A stretch of 24,000 nt of DNA from Geminicoccaceae bacterium. GTDB taxonomy: Bacteria; Pseudomonadota; Alphaproteobacteria; Geminicoccales; Geminicoccaceae. The notes under the pieces were generated by a model. It worked only from the letters and a program-made list of their open reading frames with translations. It was not told the DNA's origin and did no database searches. The stretch lies in assembly GCA_025999455.1 (NCBI GenBank), contig AP024683.1, positions 2,520,451 to 2,544,450 on the forward strand, written 5' to 3'. Each line of letters begins with the position of its first letter. Position 1 is the first letter of the stretch. Positions 1-8,871 of the stretch are shown piece by piece. A program made the translations under genes and the position numbers.

Positions 1-21
1 GACCGAAGCCATTCAGGAGGC

Positions 22-498
22 TTGCGCGCGGATCCGCGCCCATCTCGGGCGCAACACCTGAGACTGCGAGCCTTGGAGCCGCGCATCTCGGTCGTGACGC
101 TGGGCGTGGCCGACCTCGCCCGCGCCCGTGCCTTCTACGAGCGGATCGGCTTCCGGCCGAGCGGCGCGAGCAAGCCCGAGGTCGCGTTCTACCGCGCCGG
201 TGGCGTGGTCCTCGCGCTCTGGAGCCGCGCCGCACTCGCGGCCGAGCTCGGCCGGGCCGATCCCGGGGACGCCCCCACGGCCGTCCTGCTCTCGCACAAT
301 GTCCGCACGCGCGAGGAGGTCGCTTCGGTCACGGAAGCCTGGGAGGCGGCGGGCGGGCGTGTCGTGAAGGCGCCGGCCGACACGCCCTGGGGTGGCCGGG
401 TCGCCTGGCTCGCCGACCCCGACGGGCACGCGTGGGAAATCGTCTGGAACCCGCGTTGGCCGCTCGCGGCCGACGGGAGCCTCCTCCTCCCGCCTTGA
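22..498 (+). CDS. VOC (glyoxalase/bleomycin-resistance/dioxygenase) family protein
   Basis: 158-aa ORF. 'ISVVTLGVADLARARAFYERIGF' near the N-terminus and 'PWGGRVAWLADPDGHAWEIVWNP' near the C-terminus are typical paired VOC-fold signatures. Start uncertain: TTG at 22 lies only 1 nt after AGGAGG (15-20), and in-frame TTG at 73 is an alternative. Confidence 0.7.
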   Translation: MRADPRPSRAQHLRLRALEPRISVVTLGVADLARARAFYERIGFRPSGASKPEVAFYRAGGVVLALWSRAALAAELGRADPGDAPTAVLLSHNVRTREEVASVTEAWEAAGGRVVKAPADTPWGGRVAWLADPDGHAWEIVWNPRWPLAADGSLLLPP

Positions 499-608
499 GC
501 GGTCGACGAAATCCGCAGCGACGTCACGGTCTTGTCGCGCGGCGCGCCTAGCACCATTCCCAAGGGGGTCGGCGGTTTCCCGTTCGGCCGGCGACCTGGG
601 GAGGGGCC

Positions 609-1739
609 ATGCCGCTCGAAGCCCTGGCATCCGGAAGCTGCGCGGTGGGTGCGCTCGCGCATTTCGCGAGCACCGGGCTCGTCGCCTGGCGCGCCGCGCG
701 CGATCGGCGCCGACCGGCGGCCCCGCCGACGCGTCCGCCCGTCACGCTCCTGCGCCCGGTCCGCGGCCTCGAGAACCATCTCGAAGACGCGCTCGCCTCG
801 AGCTTCGCCCTCGATTGGCCCGAATACGAGGTCCTCTTCTGCGTCGCCGATGCCGACGATCCGGTCGTACCCCTGGTCGAGCGGTTGATCGCCGCCCACC
901 CGCACGTCCCGGCACGGCTGTTGATCGGCGACGATCCGATCAGCATCAACCCGAAGCTCAACAACACCGTCAAAGGCTGGCGGGCCGCGCGATTCGACCA
1001 CGTCGCCATGGTCGACAGCAACGTCGTCCTGCCGCCCGACTTCCTCGCCCGGTTGCTCGCCGCCTGGAAGCCCGGGACCGGCCTGGTCTGCGCCCCGCCG
1101 GTCGGCGCGCGGGCGGAGAATTTCTGGGCCGAGCTCGAGGTCGCCTTCTTGAACACCTACCAGACCCGCTGGCAGCTCTTCGCGGACCTCGTGGGCACCG
1201 GCTTCGCCCAAGGCAAGGTCATGCTCTATCGCCGCTCGATCCTGGAGCCCTTGGGCGGGATCGAGGCCCTCGCCGCCGAGCCGGCCGAGGACGCCGCCAC
1301 GACCAAGCTCCTGCGCCGCGCCGGCTACCGCATCCGGCTCGTGCCGCGGCCCTTCGAGCAGGCGCTCGGTCGGCGGACCTTCCGCGAAGTGTGGAACCGC
1401 CAGGTCCGCTGGGCGCGGCTCCGGCGCGAGACTTTCCCGCATCTCTACGCCGCCGAGATCGGCTCCGGTGCCGTCCTGCCCTCCCTCGCCTGTGGGCTCT
1501 GGGCCTGGGCCGCGGGCATGCCCGTCCTGCCGGCGCTCGGCCTCCTGCTCGCGTTCTGGTACGCGGCCGAGATCGCGCTCGCCCGCAGTGCCGGCTGGCC
1601 GGTCGGCCGCTGGAGCGTGCCCGCCATGCTCCTCCGCGACCTCGCGATCCCCGTGCTCTACCTCCAGGGCTGGCTCGGCAACCGGTTCGTCTGGCGCGGC
1701 AACGCGATGTCGCTCGCCGAGCCGGCGGGCGGCGGCTGA
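609..1739 (+). CDS. GT2/GT21 family glycosyltransferase (ceramide-glucosyltransferase-like)
   Basis: 376-aa ORF with GGAGG 4 nt upstream of ATG 609. N-terminal TM helix. GT-A acidic motifs 'LFCVADADDP', 'MVDSNV', 'AEDAATT' and the (Q/R)xxRW motif 'NRQVRWARLRRE'. Hydrophobic C-terminal helices. Confidence 0.8.
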   Translation: MPLEALASGSCAVGALAHFASTGLVAWRAARDRRRPAAPPTRPPVTLLRPVRGLENHLEDALASSFALDWPEYEVLFCVADADDPVVPLVERLIAAHPHVPARLLIGDDPISINPKLNNTVKGWRAARFDHVAMVDSNVVLPPDFLARLLAAWKPGTGLVCAPPVGARAENFWAELEVAFLNTYQTRWQLFADLVGTGFAQGKVMLYRRSILEPLGGIEALAAEPAEDAATTKLLRRAGYRIRLVPRPFEQALGRRTFREVWNRQVRWARLRRETFPHLYAAEIGSGAVLPSLACGLWAWAAGMPVLPALGLLLAFWYAAEIALARSAGWPVGRWSVPAMLLRDLAIPVLYLQGWLGNRFVWRGNAMSLAEPAGGG

Positions 1740-1753
1740 GCGGGCCGCCGCTC

Positions 1754-2716
1754 GTGCGCGCGCTCGCCGATCCCGCCGCGATCCCGACCCGCGCCAATCT
1801 CGTCGCGATCGCCGCGACGAGCGGGCTTTCGCTCGGGTTGTTCGTGGGCTTACCGGTCCTGCTCGACGGCCGGATCGGCCCGCTCGCCCTGCTCGCGCTG
1901 CTGCCCGTGCTCGCGATCGTGCCGCATTGGGCGCTCGTCCACGAGGCGGTCCACGGCCATCTCCTGCCCGACCGCCGCGCCGACGCGATCGCCGGCCGGC
2001 TGCTCGCGATCCTCTTCCTCGCCCCGTTCGCGACCCTCCGCTTCGGTCATCTCTCGCACCACAGCTTGAACGCCCGGGCGACCGAGCGGCCCGAGCCCTA
2101 CGATCCCGCGACCACGAGCTGGCGACGCGCGGCTTTCCTCTATTATCCGCGGCTTTTGGGCGGGCTCCACCTGGTCGAGGTGGCGAGTGGTCCCTCGAGC
2201 TTCGTGCCGCGCCGGCTGCTCCGGCCGCTCGTCCGCCGGCTCTTCTACGAGGGCTCGCCGGAGGCGATGGGCATGGCCGAGCGCGCCGAACGCCGCCTCC
2301 TCGACCCCGCGGCGTTGCGCTCGATCCGGCTCGACGCCCTCGCGATCCTGGCCCTGCTCGTCCTCGCCTTCGCGCTTTACGGCACGGCCTGGCCCGTGCT
2401 CGCCGCCGCCCTCATCGGCCGGGCCTTGCTCGTCTCGCTCATGGACGATGCGCCCCATCACGGTGGGCCCCTCGCCGATCCCGGGCAGGGTTACGACATG
2501 CGCGCCCCGCGTCTCTTGGGCCTGCTCGTGCTGCACACCAACCTGCACGGGACCCATCACCGCCATCCGGGCCTGCCCTGGACCGCCCTCCCCGCCGCCT
2601 TCGTGGCCGAAGGTGGCCGCTACGAAGGCCACTATCTCCTGCGGCCGTGGCGCCAGCTCCTGGGCCCGATCCCGCTCGATCGGCTGGCGCCGGCCCGAGC
2701 GGAGGCCGGTCCTTGA
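1754..2716 (+). CDS. membrane di-iron fatty-acid desaturase/hydroxylase/ketolase superfamily protein
   Basis: Three His boxes 'HEAVHGH', 'HLSHH', 'HGTHHRH' separated by hydrophobic segments. GTG 1754 lies 14 nt after the glycosyltransferase stop (1737-1739). The upstream part of the 774-aa ORF (392-1753) is Arg/Pro-rich out-of-frame read-through of the previous gene. Exact start is uncertain. Confidence 0.72.
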   Translation: MRALADPAAIPTRANLVAIAATSGLSLGLFVGLPVLLDGRIGPLALLALLPVLAIVPHWALVHEAVHGHLLPDRRADAIAGRLLAILFLAPFATLRFGHLSHHSLNARATERPEPYDPATTSWRRAAFLYYPRLLGGLHLVEVASGPSSFVPRRLLRPLVRRLFYEGSPEAMGMAERAERRLLDPAALRSIRLDALAILALLVLAFALYGTAWPVLAAALIGRALLVSLMDDAPHHGGPLADPGQGYDMRAPRLLGLLVLHTNLHGTHHRHPGLPWTALPAAFVAEGGRYEGHYLLRPWRQLLGPIPLDRLAPARAEAGP

Positions 2717-3396
2717 GCCGCGCCCGGTCGATCGACGGCGGCGAGGAAGAGCTCGGCGGGCTCGTCGAGGCGCAAGCGCGCGAGGTCTTGCGCGCCTACG
2801 AGCGGATCGCGCCGATCTACGACCTCCTGGACGGCCTCTACGAGTGGAGCTGGAAGCGACGCCTTCGGGCCGAGCTCTTCGCCCACGCCTTGCCGGGCCG
2901 CCTCCTCGACGTTGGCGTCGGCACCGGCTGCAACATGCCCTTCTATCCGAAGGACGCCGAGATCGTCGGGATCGATGCGAGCCCGGCCATGCTCGAGCGC
3001 GCGCGGACCCGCGCCCGCCGGCTCGGCCGAACGGTCGAGCTCCGGCGGATGAACCTCCTGGAGCTCGCCTTCCCGGACGGCGCGTTCGACACGGTCGTCG
3101 CGACCTTCGTGCTGCTCTGCCTGCCGGACGAGCTGCAGCTCCCGGCCTTGCGCGAGCTCGCCCGCGTGACCCGGCCGGGCGGGCGGATCCTGCTCCTCGA
3201 CTATCACCGCTCCTCGCGGACCGCGGTGCGGTGGTGGATGCGGCTCCTCTCGGCCTGGCTGCGCTGGGCTTTCGCCGCCCGGTTCGACCCGACGACCGAG
3301 CAGCATCTGGCCGAGGCCGGGCTGCGGCCGCTCGTCCGGGCGCAGCGCATGGGCGACGGCGTCACGCTCCTCGTTCTCGAGCCCGACGCCCGATGA
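2713..3396 (+). CDS. class I SAM-dependent methyltransferase (Methyltransf_11/UbiE-like)
   Basis: SAM-binding motif I 'LLDVGVGTGCN', then 'IVGIDASPAML', 'FDTVVATFVLLCLPD', 'RPGGRILLLD'. TTG 2713 overlaps the desaturase stop TGA 2714-2716 (cTTGA), implying coupling. The upstream part of the 642-aa ORF is spurious. Confidence 0.8.
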   Translation: MSRARSIDGGEEELGGLVEAQAREVLRAYERIAPIYDLLDGLYEWSWKRRLRAELFAHALPGRLLDVGVGTGCNMPFYPKDAEIVGIDASPAMLERARTRARRLGRTVELRRMNLLELAFPDGAFDTVVATFVLLCLPDELQLPALRELARVTRPGGRILLLDYHRSSRTAVRWWMRLLSAWLRWAFAARFDPTTEQHLAEAGLRPLVRAQRMGDGVTLLVLEPDAR

Positions 3397-3400
3397 CGAA

Positions 3401-3422
3401 ACGGCGGCCCCGAGGCCGCCGT
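3401..3422. terminator. candidate bidirectional hairpin terminator between convergent genes
   Basis: Perfect 9-bp stem ACGGCGGCC (3401-3409) / GGCCGCCGT (3414-3422) with loop CCGA. It lies between the methyltransferase stop (3396) and the minus-strand SMP-30 gene stop (3452). Flanking T-tracts are weak (cccgttct, and ttcgtc on the other strand). Confidence 0.45.
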
Positions 3423-3451
3423 CCCGTTCTCGCCTCCTCGATGGCGCGCGC

Positions 3452-4591
3452 TCAGGTGATGTGGGCGCCGCGGGTCTCGACGAACACCGAATAGAGCGAC
3501 TGCGAAGCGGCCATGAAGAGCTGGTTCCGCTTCGTGCCGCCGAAGCAGATGTTGCCCACGATCTCGGGCATGCGGATCATGCCGATCCGGGTCCCGTCGG
3601 GGGCGAAGCAGTGGACCCCGTCGTAGCCGTCGCCGACCCAGCCCATGCCGGCCCAGACATTGCCGTCCTCGTCGCAGCGCAGACCGTCGGCGAAGCCCAC
3701 CTTGCCGTTCATCTCCATCGAGGCGAAGGTCCGCGGGTTCTTGAGCTTCTCGCCGTCGACGTCGTACACCCAGATGATCGACTTGGCGCCCTTGTCGGCA
3801 TAGTGCGACAGGCCCGTGTCGGCCACGTAGACCTTCTTGTAGTCGTGGCTGAAACACATGCCGTTCGGCTTGAAGGGCTCGTCGGCGACCTTGGTGATCT
3901 TGCCGGTCTTGGCGTCGATCCGATAGATCGCCTCTCTGCGGAAGGGGCGCGGATCCTGGTTGTAGCGCTTGCCCTCGTAGTTCATGAGGGCGCCGTAGCC
4001 CGGGTCGGTGAACCAGATCGAGCCGTCGTCGGGGTGCACCATCCCGTCGTTGGGGGCGTTGAAGCGCTCACCCTCGAAGGTCTCGGCCAAGACCGTGATC
4101 TCGCCGTTCCACTCGTAGCGGATGACGCGCGCCGGCTCGTGGCAGAAGCTGATCTGCCGGCCCTGGAAGTCGAAGGTGTTGCCGTTGCTGTGGCCGGAGG
4201 GGAAGCGGTGCCGGCGGGAGACGTGCTCGTCCTCCTCGACCCAGCGCAGGACCTCGTTGCGCGGGATGTCCGACCAGACGAGATAGCGGCCCACACCGCT
4301 CCACGCACAGCCCTCGGCCCAGAGCGTGCCCTTGTAGTGCCGGCGGATCGGCGTGTTGCCGAGCTTGTAGCGGAACCGCTTGTCGAGCACGACGACGTCC
4401 GGCTCGGGATAGCGGACGGGCTCGGCGTCCGGATCGAAATTGCGCGCGAAGGCCTCGCTCGACATGCCGGTGAGCGCGGCGAGGGTGGCGGCGGATTTGA
4501 GGAAGTTCCGGCGCGCCGGCGAGTCCGGGTCGTCCTTGCGCACGACCGGCTTGGCGAGGTCGATGAAGCGGTGCAGCTGGATGCGGGCCAT
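3452..4591 (-). CDS. SMP-30/gluconolactonase/LRE family protein, Tat-exported
   Basis: 379-aa ORF with GGGAGGA RBS 7 nt upstream of ATG 4591. Twin-arginine signal 'SPARRNFLKSAATLAALTGMSSEAFA'. Beta-propeller-type repeats including 'NAPNDGMVHPDGSIWFTDPGYG' and 'PNGMCFSHDYKKVYVADTG'. Confidence 0.85.
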   Translation of the reverse strand: MARIQLHRFIDLAKPVVRKDDPDSPARRNFLKSAATLAALTGMSSEAFARNFDPDAEPVRYPEPDVVVLDKRFRYKLGNTPIRRHYKGTLWAEGCAWSGVGRYLVWSDIPRNEVLRWVEEDEHVSRRHRFPSGHSNGNTFDFQGRQISFCHEPARVIRYEWNGEITVLAETFEGERFNAPNDGMVHPDDGSIWFTDPGYGALMNYEGKRYNQDPRPFRREAIYRIDAKTGKITKVADEPFKPNGMCFSHDYKKVYVADTGLSHYADKGAKSIIWVYDVDGEKLKNPRTFASMEMNGKVGFADGLRCDEDGNVWAGMGWVGDGYDGVHCFAPDGTRIGMIRMPEIVGNICFGGTKRNQLFMAASQSLYSVFVETRGAHIT

Positions 4592-4749
4592 GAGGCCGTC
4601 CTCCCTGTCGTGATCCCCCGATCGGGTCGGACGAACCCCTTCGCGCGGCCGCTCGCCGCCACGTCTTTCGCCTCCCCGATCGCGAGGATCTTAAGCTGCC
4701 GTCATGCGCGCGCAACGCCAGCGCACGCGGGTCCGATCCGCGTCGCGCG

Positions 4750-7700
4750 CTATTCCGCGGCGAGGGCTACCGGCTCGCGCGCCCGCCAGCGGTCGAGGAG
4801 CCGGGCCCAGCGCTCCCGCACCCGGGCGAGGTTCGCTTCCTTGACGTGGCCGAAGCCGCGGATCCCCTCGGGCAGGCTCGCGAGCTCGACCGCGAGCGGC
4901 AACCGCTCGGCCGAGAGACCTTCGAGGACCTCGTCCAAAAGCGCTTCGTACGCGCCGATGAGCGCCCGCTCCGTGCGCCGTTCGGCCGTCCAGCCGAACG
5001 GATCGAAGATCGTGCCGCGCAGCCGCCTGGCCTTCGCGAGCCAGCGGAAGGCGGTCATCGCCCAGGGCCCGTAGCGGCGCTTGCGCAGATGCCCGCTCGT
5101 CGGGTCGCGCTCGGCCAGAAGCGGCGGGGCGAGATGGAATTCGAGCCGGCCCCAGCGCTCGAACTCGCGGACCAATTGGGCGCGGAACGCGTCGCCCGAC
5201 ATGAGCCGCGCGACCTCGTACTCGTCCTTGTAGGCCATGAGCTTGAAGAGGTTCTTCGCGACCGCGAGGGTGAGCGCCTCGCTCCCCGGGGCGACCCGCC
5301 GCTCGGCCTCGCGCACCCTTTCCACGGTCCGGCGATAGCGCTCGGCCCAGGCGGCGTCCTGATAGTCGGTCAAGAAGGCCATCCGGTCGGCGATCGTCTC
5401 CTCGAGCGAGAGGGGCCTGCGCCGCTCGGCCAGGCCCGCGATCCGCCGCACCGCATCCAGGTCGAAGGCGGCCCGCCGGCCCCAGAGGAAGGCGCGCTTG
5501 TTGAAGTCGACGGCCACCCCGTTGATCTCGATCGCGCGCAGGATCGCCGCCTCGGAGAGCGGCAAGAGCCCCTTCTGCCAAGCGTAGCCCACGAGGAGGA
5601 GGTTGGCGCCGATCGCGTCCCCCAGAAGGGCGGTCGCGAGCCGGCTCGCCTCGACGAGCTCGACGTTGTCGGGACCTGCCGCCTCTTCGAGCGTGCGGCG
5701 GAGTTGGGCCGCGGGAAAGGCGAGGTCGGGTTCGCGGGTGAAGGCGCCGGTGAGCACTTCCTCGCTGTTGGCGACGATCCGCGTAAGACCCTTGGCGACG
5801 GTCGGCAGCGCGGTGCGGCCGGCCGCGACTAAAAGATCGCAGCCCAAGACGAGCCGTGCTCCGCCCGGTGCGACCCGGGGCGCTCCCACGCTCTCGGGCG
5901 TGGGCGCGATCTTCAAATGGGTCACGACCGCCCCGCCCTTCTGGGCGAGGCCGATCATGTCGAGGGCGACGAAGCCCTTGCCCTCGAGATGGGCCGCCAT
6001 GCCGAGGAGGGCCGCGATCGTGACGACGCCCGTGCCGCCGATCCCGGTCACGACGATCCCGTAGGCCCGCTCGAGCGCCGGCAGCGCGGGCTCCGGGAGC
6101 ACCGGGAACGGCACGTCACGGGCGCCGACGGCGGCTCTTTTCGGGACCGCCCCCTTCACGCTCACGAAGGACGGGCAGAAGCCCTTGATGCAGGAGAAGT
6201 CCTTGTTGCAGGCGGATTGGTCGATCCGTCGCTTGCGACCGTATTCGGTCTCGACCGGCTGGATCGCCACGCAGTTCGACTGCACACCGCAATCGCCGCA
6301 GCCCTCGCAGACGAGCTCGTTGACGACGACCCGCTCGTCCGGATCGGGGAACTGGCCGCGCTTCCTGCGCCGCCGCTTCTCCGCGGCGCAGGTCTGGTCG
6401 TAGACGATCGCGGTGACGCCTTCGATCTCGCGCATGCGCCTCTGCACCACGTCGAGCTCGTCGCGGTGGTGGACTGTCACGCCCGGCGCGAAGCCCGAGG
6501 GGATCGGGTATTTCTCCGGCTCGTCGGTGACGACCGCGATCGCCTTCACGCCCTCGGCCTCGAGCAGCCGGGTGATCTGCGGCACGGTCAGGTTCGCGGT
6601 CTCCATCTTCTGACCGCCGGTCATGGCGACCGCGTCGTTGTAGAGGATCTTGAAGGTGACGTTGGCGCCAGAGGCGACCGCCGCGCGCACGGCGAGCGAG
6701 CCCGAATGGTAGAAGGTGCCGTCGCCGACGTTCTGGAAGACGTGCGGTCGGGTGGTGAAGGGCGCCTGGCCGATCCAGGATGCCCCCTCGCCGCCCATCT
6801 GGGTCCAGCCCAGCGTGTCGCGGCCCATCCAGGTCACCATGAAGTGGCAGCCGATGCCGGCGACCGCGCGCGAGCCCTCGGGCACTTTCGTCGAGCTGTT
6901 GTGCGGGCAGCCCGGGCAGAACCAGGGCAGGCGCACGAGCCCGGCCGCGGCCTGCGGGAGTGCGGCGCGGCGGACGCGGAGCTCCTCCACCCTGGCGGCG
7001 AGGGCCGGGTCGCCCGTGCGTTCGAGGAGCCGCTCACCGAGCGCGATCGCGATCTGCAGCGGCTCGAGCTGGCCCCAGGAGGGGAAGAGCGTCTCGCCGC
7101 GCTCGTCGCGCTTGCCGAGGACGAGCGGCCGTTCGCGCAGATCGTAGAGGATTTCCTTGGCCTGGCTCTCGATCAGGCCGCGCTTTTCCTCGACGACGAG
7201 CAGGAGCTCGCTGCCGCGGACCGCCTCGCGCAGCGCTTCGGGCTCGAGCGGGAAGGTGAGCCCGACCTTGTAGACGGCGAGCCCGAGCCGGCGGGCGCGT
7301 GCCTCGTCGATGCCGAGCTCGTCGAGCGCGACGACCACGTCCTGCCAGGATTTGCCCGTGGTCGCCACGACGAGCCGCGCACCCGGCTCGCCGAGCACGA
7401 TGCGGTCGAGCCGGTTGGCCCGGGCGAAGAGCCGGGTCGCCTGCATCCGCACCGTGTGCAGCCGCCGTTCGACTTCGAGCGCCATGGGCGGCCAGGGCAT
7501 CTCGGGCGGGATCTCGACGTGCCGGCGGATCGGCGGGAGGAGCGACGCGTCGGGCAGGACGATCCGCGGCCGGTCGGGGGCGACCGCGATCGAGGCCGTG
7601 CTCTCGACCGTATCGTGGATGCACTTCAAGGCGACCCAGGCGCCGGAAAAGCGCGAGAGCGCGATCCCCAGAAGACCGTATTCGAGGATCTCCTGCACGC

Positions 7701-8226
7701 CCGAGGGGTTGAGGACCGGCACCATGGCATCGACCATGGCGTATTCGGATTGGTGCGCGGTCGTGCTCGATTCGCAGATGTGATCGTCGCCCAAGAGCAA
7801 GAGCACGCCACCCTTGGGATCGGTGCCGAACAGATTGCCGTGGCGGATCGCGTCGCCCGAGCGGTCGACACCGGGCCCCTTGCCGTACCAGATCGCGAAG
7901 ACGCCGTCGAAGCGCCCCTCGCCGGTGAGGTTCACCTGTTGGGTGCCCTGGCAGGCGGTCGCGGCCAGATCCTCGTTGACCGCCGGTTGGTGGACGACGT
8001 CGTGGGCGGCGAGGAGCGCCTTGGCCGCGGCGAGCTGTTGGTCGTAGCCGCCGAGCGGCGAGCCGCGATAGCCCGTGACGTAGCCTGCCGTCCTGAGCCC
8101 GGCGCGGCGGTCGCGACGCACCTGCTCGAGCGGCAAGCGGACGAGCGCCTGCACGCCCGTGAGGTAGATGCGGCCCTCCTCGAGCCGGTACTTGTCGTCG
8201 AGCGAGACGGAGAGGAGCTGCGTCAC
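4750..8226 (-). CDS. indolepyruvate:ferredoxin oxidoreductase family protein (fused IorA/IorB type 2-oxoacid oxidoreductase)
   Basis: 1158-aa ORF with GTG start at 8226. N-terminus 'LSVSLDDKYRLEEGRIYLTGVQALVRLPL'. TPP motif 'GDGTFYHSG'. Ferredoxin-like cluster 'CEGCGDCGVQSNC'. C-terminal gamma-like domain 'GIVVTGIGGTGVVT'. Confidence 0.9.
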   Translation of the reverse strand: MTQLLSVSLDDKYRLEEGRIYLTGVQALVRLPLEQVRRDRRAGLRTAGYVTGYRGSPLGGYDQQLAAAKALLAAHDVVHQPAVNEDLAATACQGTQQVNLTGEGRFDGVFAIWYGKGPGVDRSGDAIRHGNLFGTDPKGGVLLLLGDDHICESSTTAHQSEYAMVDAMVPVLNPSGVQEILEYGLLGIALSRFSGAWVALKCIHDTVESTASIAVAPDRPRIVLPDASLLPPIRRHVEIPPEMPWPPMALEVERRLHTVRMQATRLFARANRLDRIVLGEPGARLVVATTGKSWQDVVVALDELGIDEARARRLGLAVYKVGLTFPLEPEALREAVRGSELLLVVEEKRGLIESQAKEILYDLRERPLVLGKRDERGETLFPSWGQLEPLQIAIALGERLLERTGDPALAARVEELRVRRAALPQAAAGLVRLPWFCPGCPHNSSTKVPEGSRAVAGIGCHFMVTWMGRDTLGWTQMGGEGASWIGQAPFTTRPHVFQNVGDGTFYHSGSLAVRAAVASGANVTFKILYNDAVAMTGGQKMETANLTVPQITRLLEAEGVKAIAVVTDEPEKYPIPSGFAPGVTVHHRDELDVVQRRMREIEGVTAIVYDQTCAAEKRRRRKRGQFPDPDERVVVNELVCEGCGDCGVQSNCVAIQPVETEYGRKRRIDQSACNKDFSCIKGFCPSFVSVKGAVPKRAAVGARDVPFPVLPEPALPALERAYGIVVTGIGGTGVVTIAALLGMAAHLEGKGFVALDMIGLAQKGGAVVTHLKIAPTPESVGAPRVAPGGARLVLGCDLLVAAGRTALPTVAKGLTRIVANSEEVLTGAFTREPDLAFPAAQLRRTLEEAAGPDNVELVEASRLATALLGDAIGANLLLVGYAWQKGLLPLSEAAILRAIEINGVAVDFNKRAFLWGRRAAFDLDAVRRIAGLAERRRPLSLEETIADRMAFLTDYQDAAWAERYRRTVERVREAERRVAPGSEALTLAVAKNLFKLMAYKDEYEVARLMSGDAFRAQLVREFERWGRLEFHLAPPLLAERDPTSGHLRKRRYGPWAMTAFRWLAKARRLRGTIFDPFGWTAERRTERALIGAYEALLDEVLEGLSAERLPLAVELASLPEGIRGFGHVKEANLARVRERWARLLDRWRAREPVALAAE

Positions 8227-8379
8227 GTCGGCCTCGATTCCTGATCCGCGGGCGCCTTAGCACGAGATGGTGGCGCGGTCAGGCGCGGGCGAGCCGTGCT
8301 CGGTGCGCGTGCCACCGCACGAGGCGCATGGCCGAGCTGTGGCATCCGTGCTACAGGTGCGGTGACCCGGAGGTGGCCC

Positions 8380-8817
8380 GTGACCAGCGACGACGTCGTC
8401 GACCTGCGCCTTCTGGGCGAGCAGACACGGCGGCTTTTGCAGAAGGTCGATCCGATGGCCGAGCAGCTGCGGCTCCTGGCCACCGAACTCAGCCATTTCC
8501 GCCAAGCGATCAACGTCCAGTTCCAGAGCATCGAGATCGCGCTCAACCAGGTCCGCGTCCAGACCAACGCGGTCGACGCGCAGCTCGCGATCCAGCAGCG
8601 CACGCTCGACGAGCTCCTCGCTCGCCAACACAAGGTCGAAGAGCGACTCGACGGGATCGAGGGACGGCTCGACCGGGTCGACGATCAGCTCGTCCGGGTC
8701 GACGAGCGGCTCGAGCGGGTCGAACAGCGGCTCGACGGTCTCGAACGCCGATTCGATGGTCTCGACCAGCGGTTCGACGAGCTGCGCACCTTTCTCGTCG
8801 CCAAGCTCGGCGGCTGA
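8380..8817 (+). CDS. hypothetical coiled-coil protein with seven perfect heptads (xRLDxxE)
   Basis: Strong third-position GC bias in this frame. GGAGG (8369-8373) lies 6 nt before GTG 8380. C-terminal half reads 'RLDGIEG RLDRVDD QLVRVDE RLERVEQ RLDGLER RFDGLDQ RFDELRT'. No family recognised. The ORF track begins at 8296, but that start lacks an RBS. Confidence 0.6.
   Translation: MTSDDVVDLRLLGEQTRRLLQKVDPMAEQLRLLATELSHFRQAINVQFQSIEIALNQVRVQTNAVDAQLAIQQRTLDELLARQHKVEERLDGIEGRLDRVDDQLVRVDERLERVEQRLDGLERRFDGLDQRFDELRTFLVAKLGG
8644..8790 (+). repeat. 7 x 21-bp in-frame tandem repeat encoding heptads
   Basis: Units start at 8644, 8665, 8686, 8707, 8728, 8749 and 8770, each resembling CGGCTCGACnGGnTCGAnnnn. 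The repeats are degenerate and sit inside the coiled-coil CDS. Confidence 0.8.
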
Positions 8818-8871
8818 GGCGCGGTTCGTAACGCCGATCGGCGGGCCGGGCCGCGGGCGGCCGCTCGGTCC

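Noticed and set aside
392-1753. Long N-terminal extensions of the desaturase ORF (392-2716), the methyltransferase ORF (1468-3396), and the minus-strand ORF 189-1442
   Set aside because: The extensions overlap the well-supported glycosyltransferase and desaturase genes out of frame and are Arg/Pro/Ala-rich. Conserved domains begin only near 1754 and 2713, where plausible GTG and TTG starts abut the preceding stops.
5917-8244. 775-aa plus-strand ORF antisense to the indolepyruvate oxidoreductase gene (similar case: 3461-5074)
   Set aside because: The minus-strand product has TPP and Fe-S motifs over its full length. The plus-strand translation is a featureless, high-GC mirror frame.
8644-8790. 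Regular 21-bp repeats considered as a CRISPR-like or other non-coding array
   Set aside because: The units are contiguous with no spacers, degenerate, in frame, and translate to a perfect heptad coiled coil within a well-supported ORF. No cas genes lie nearby.
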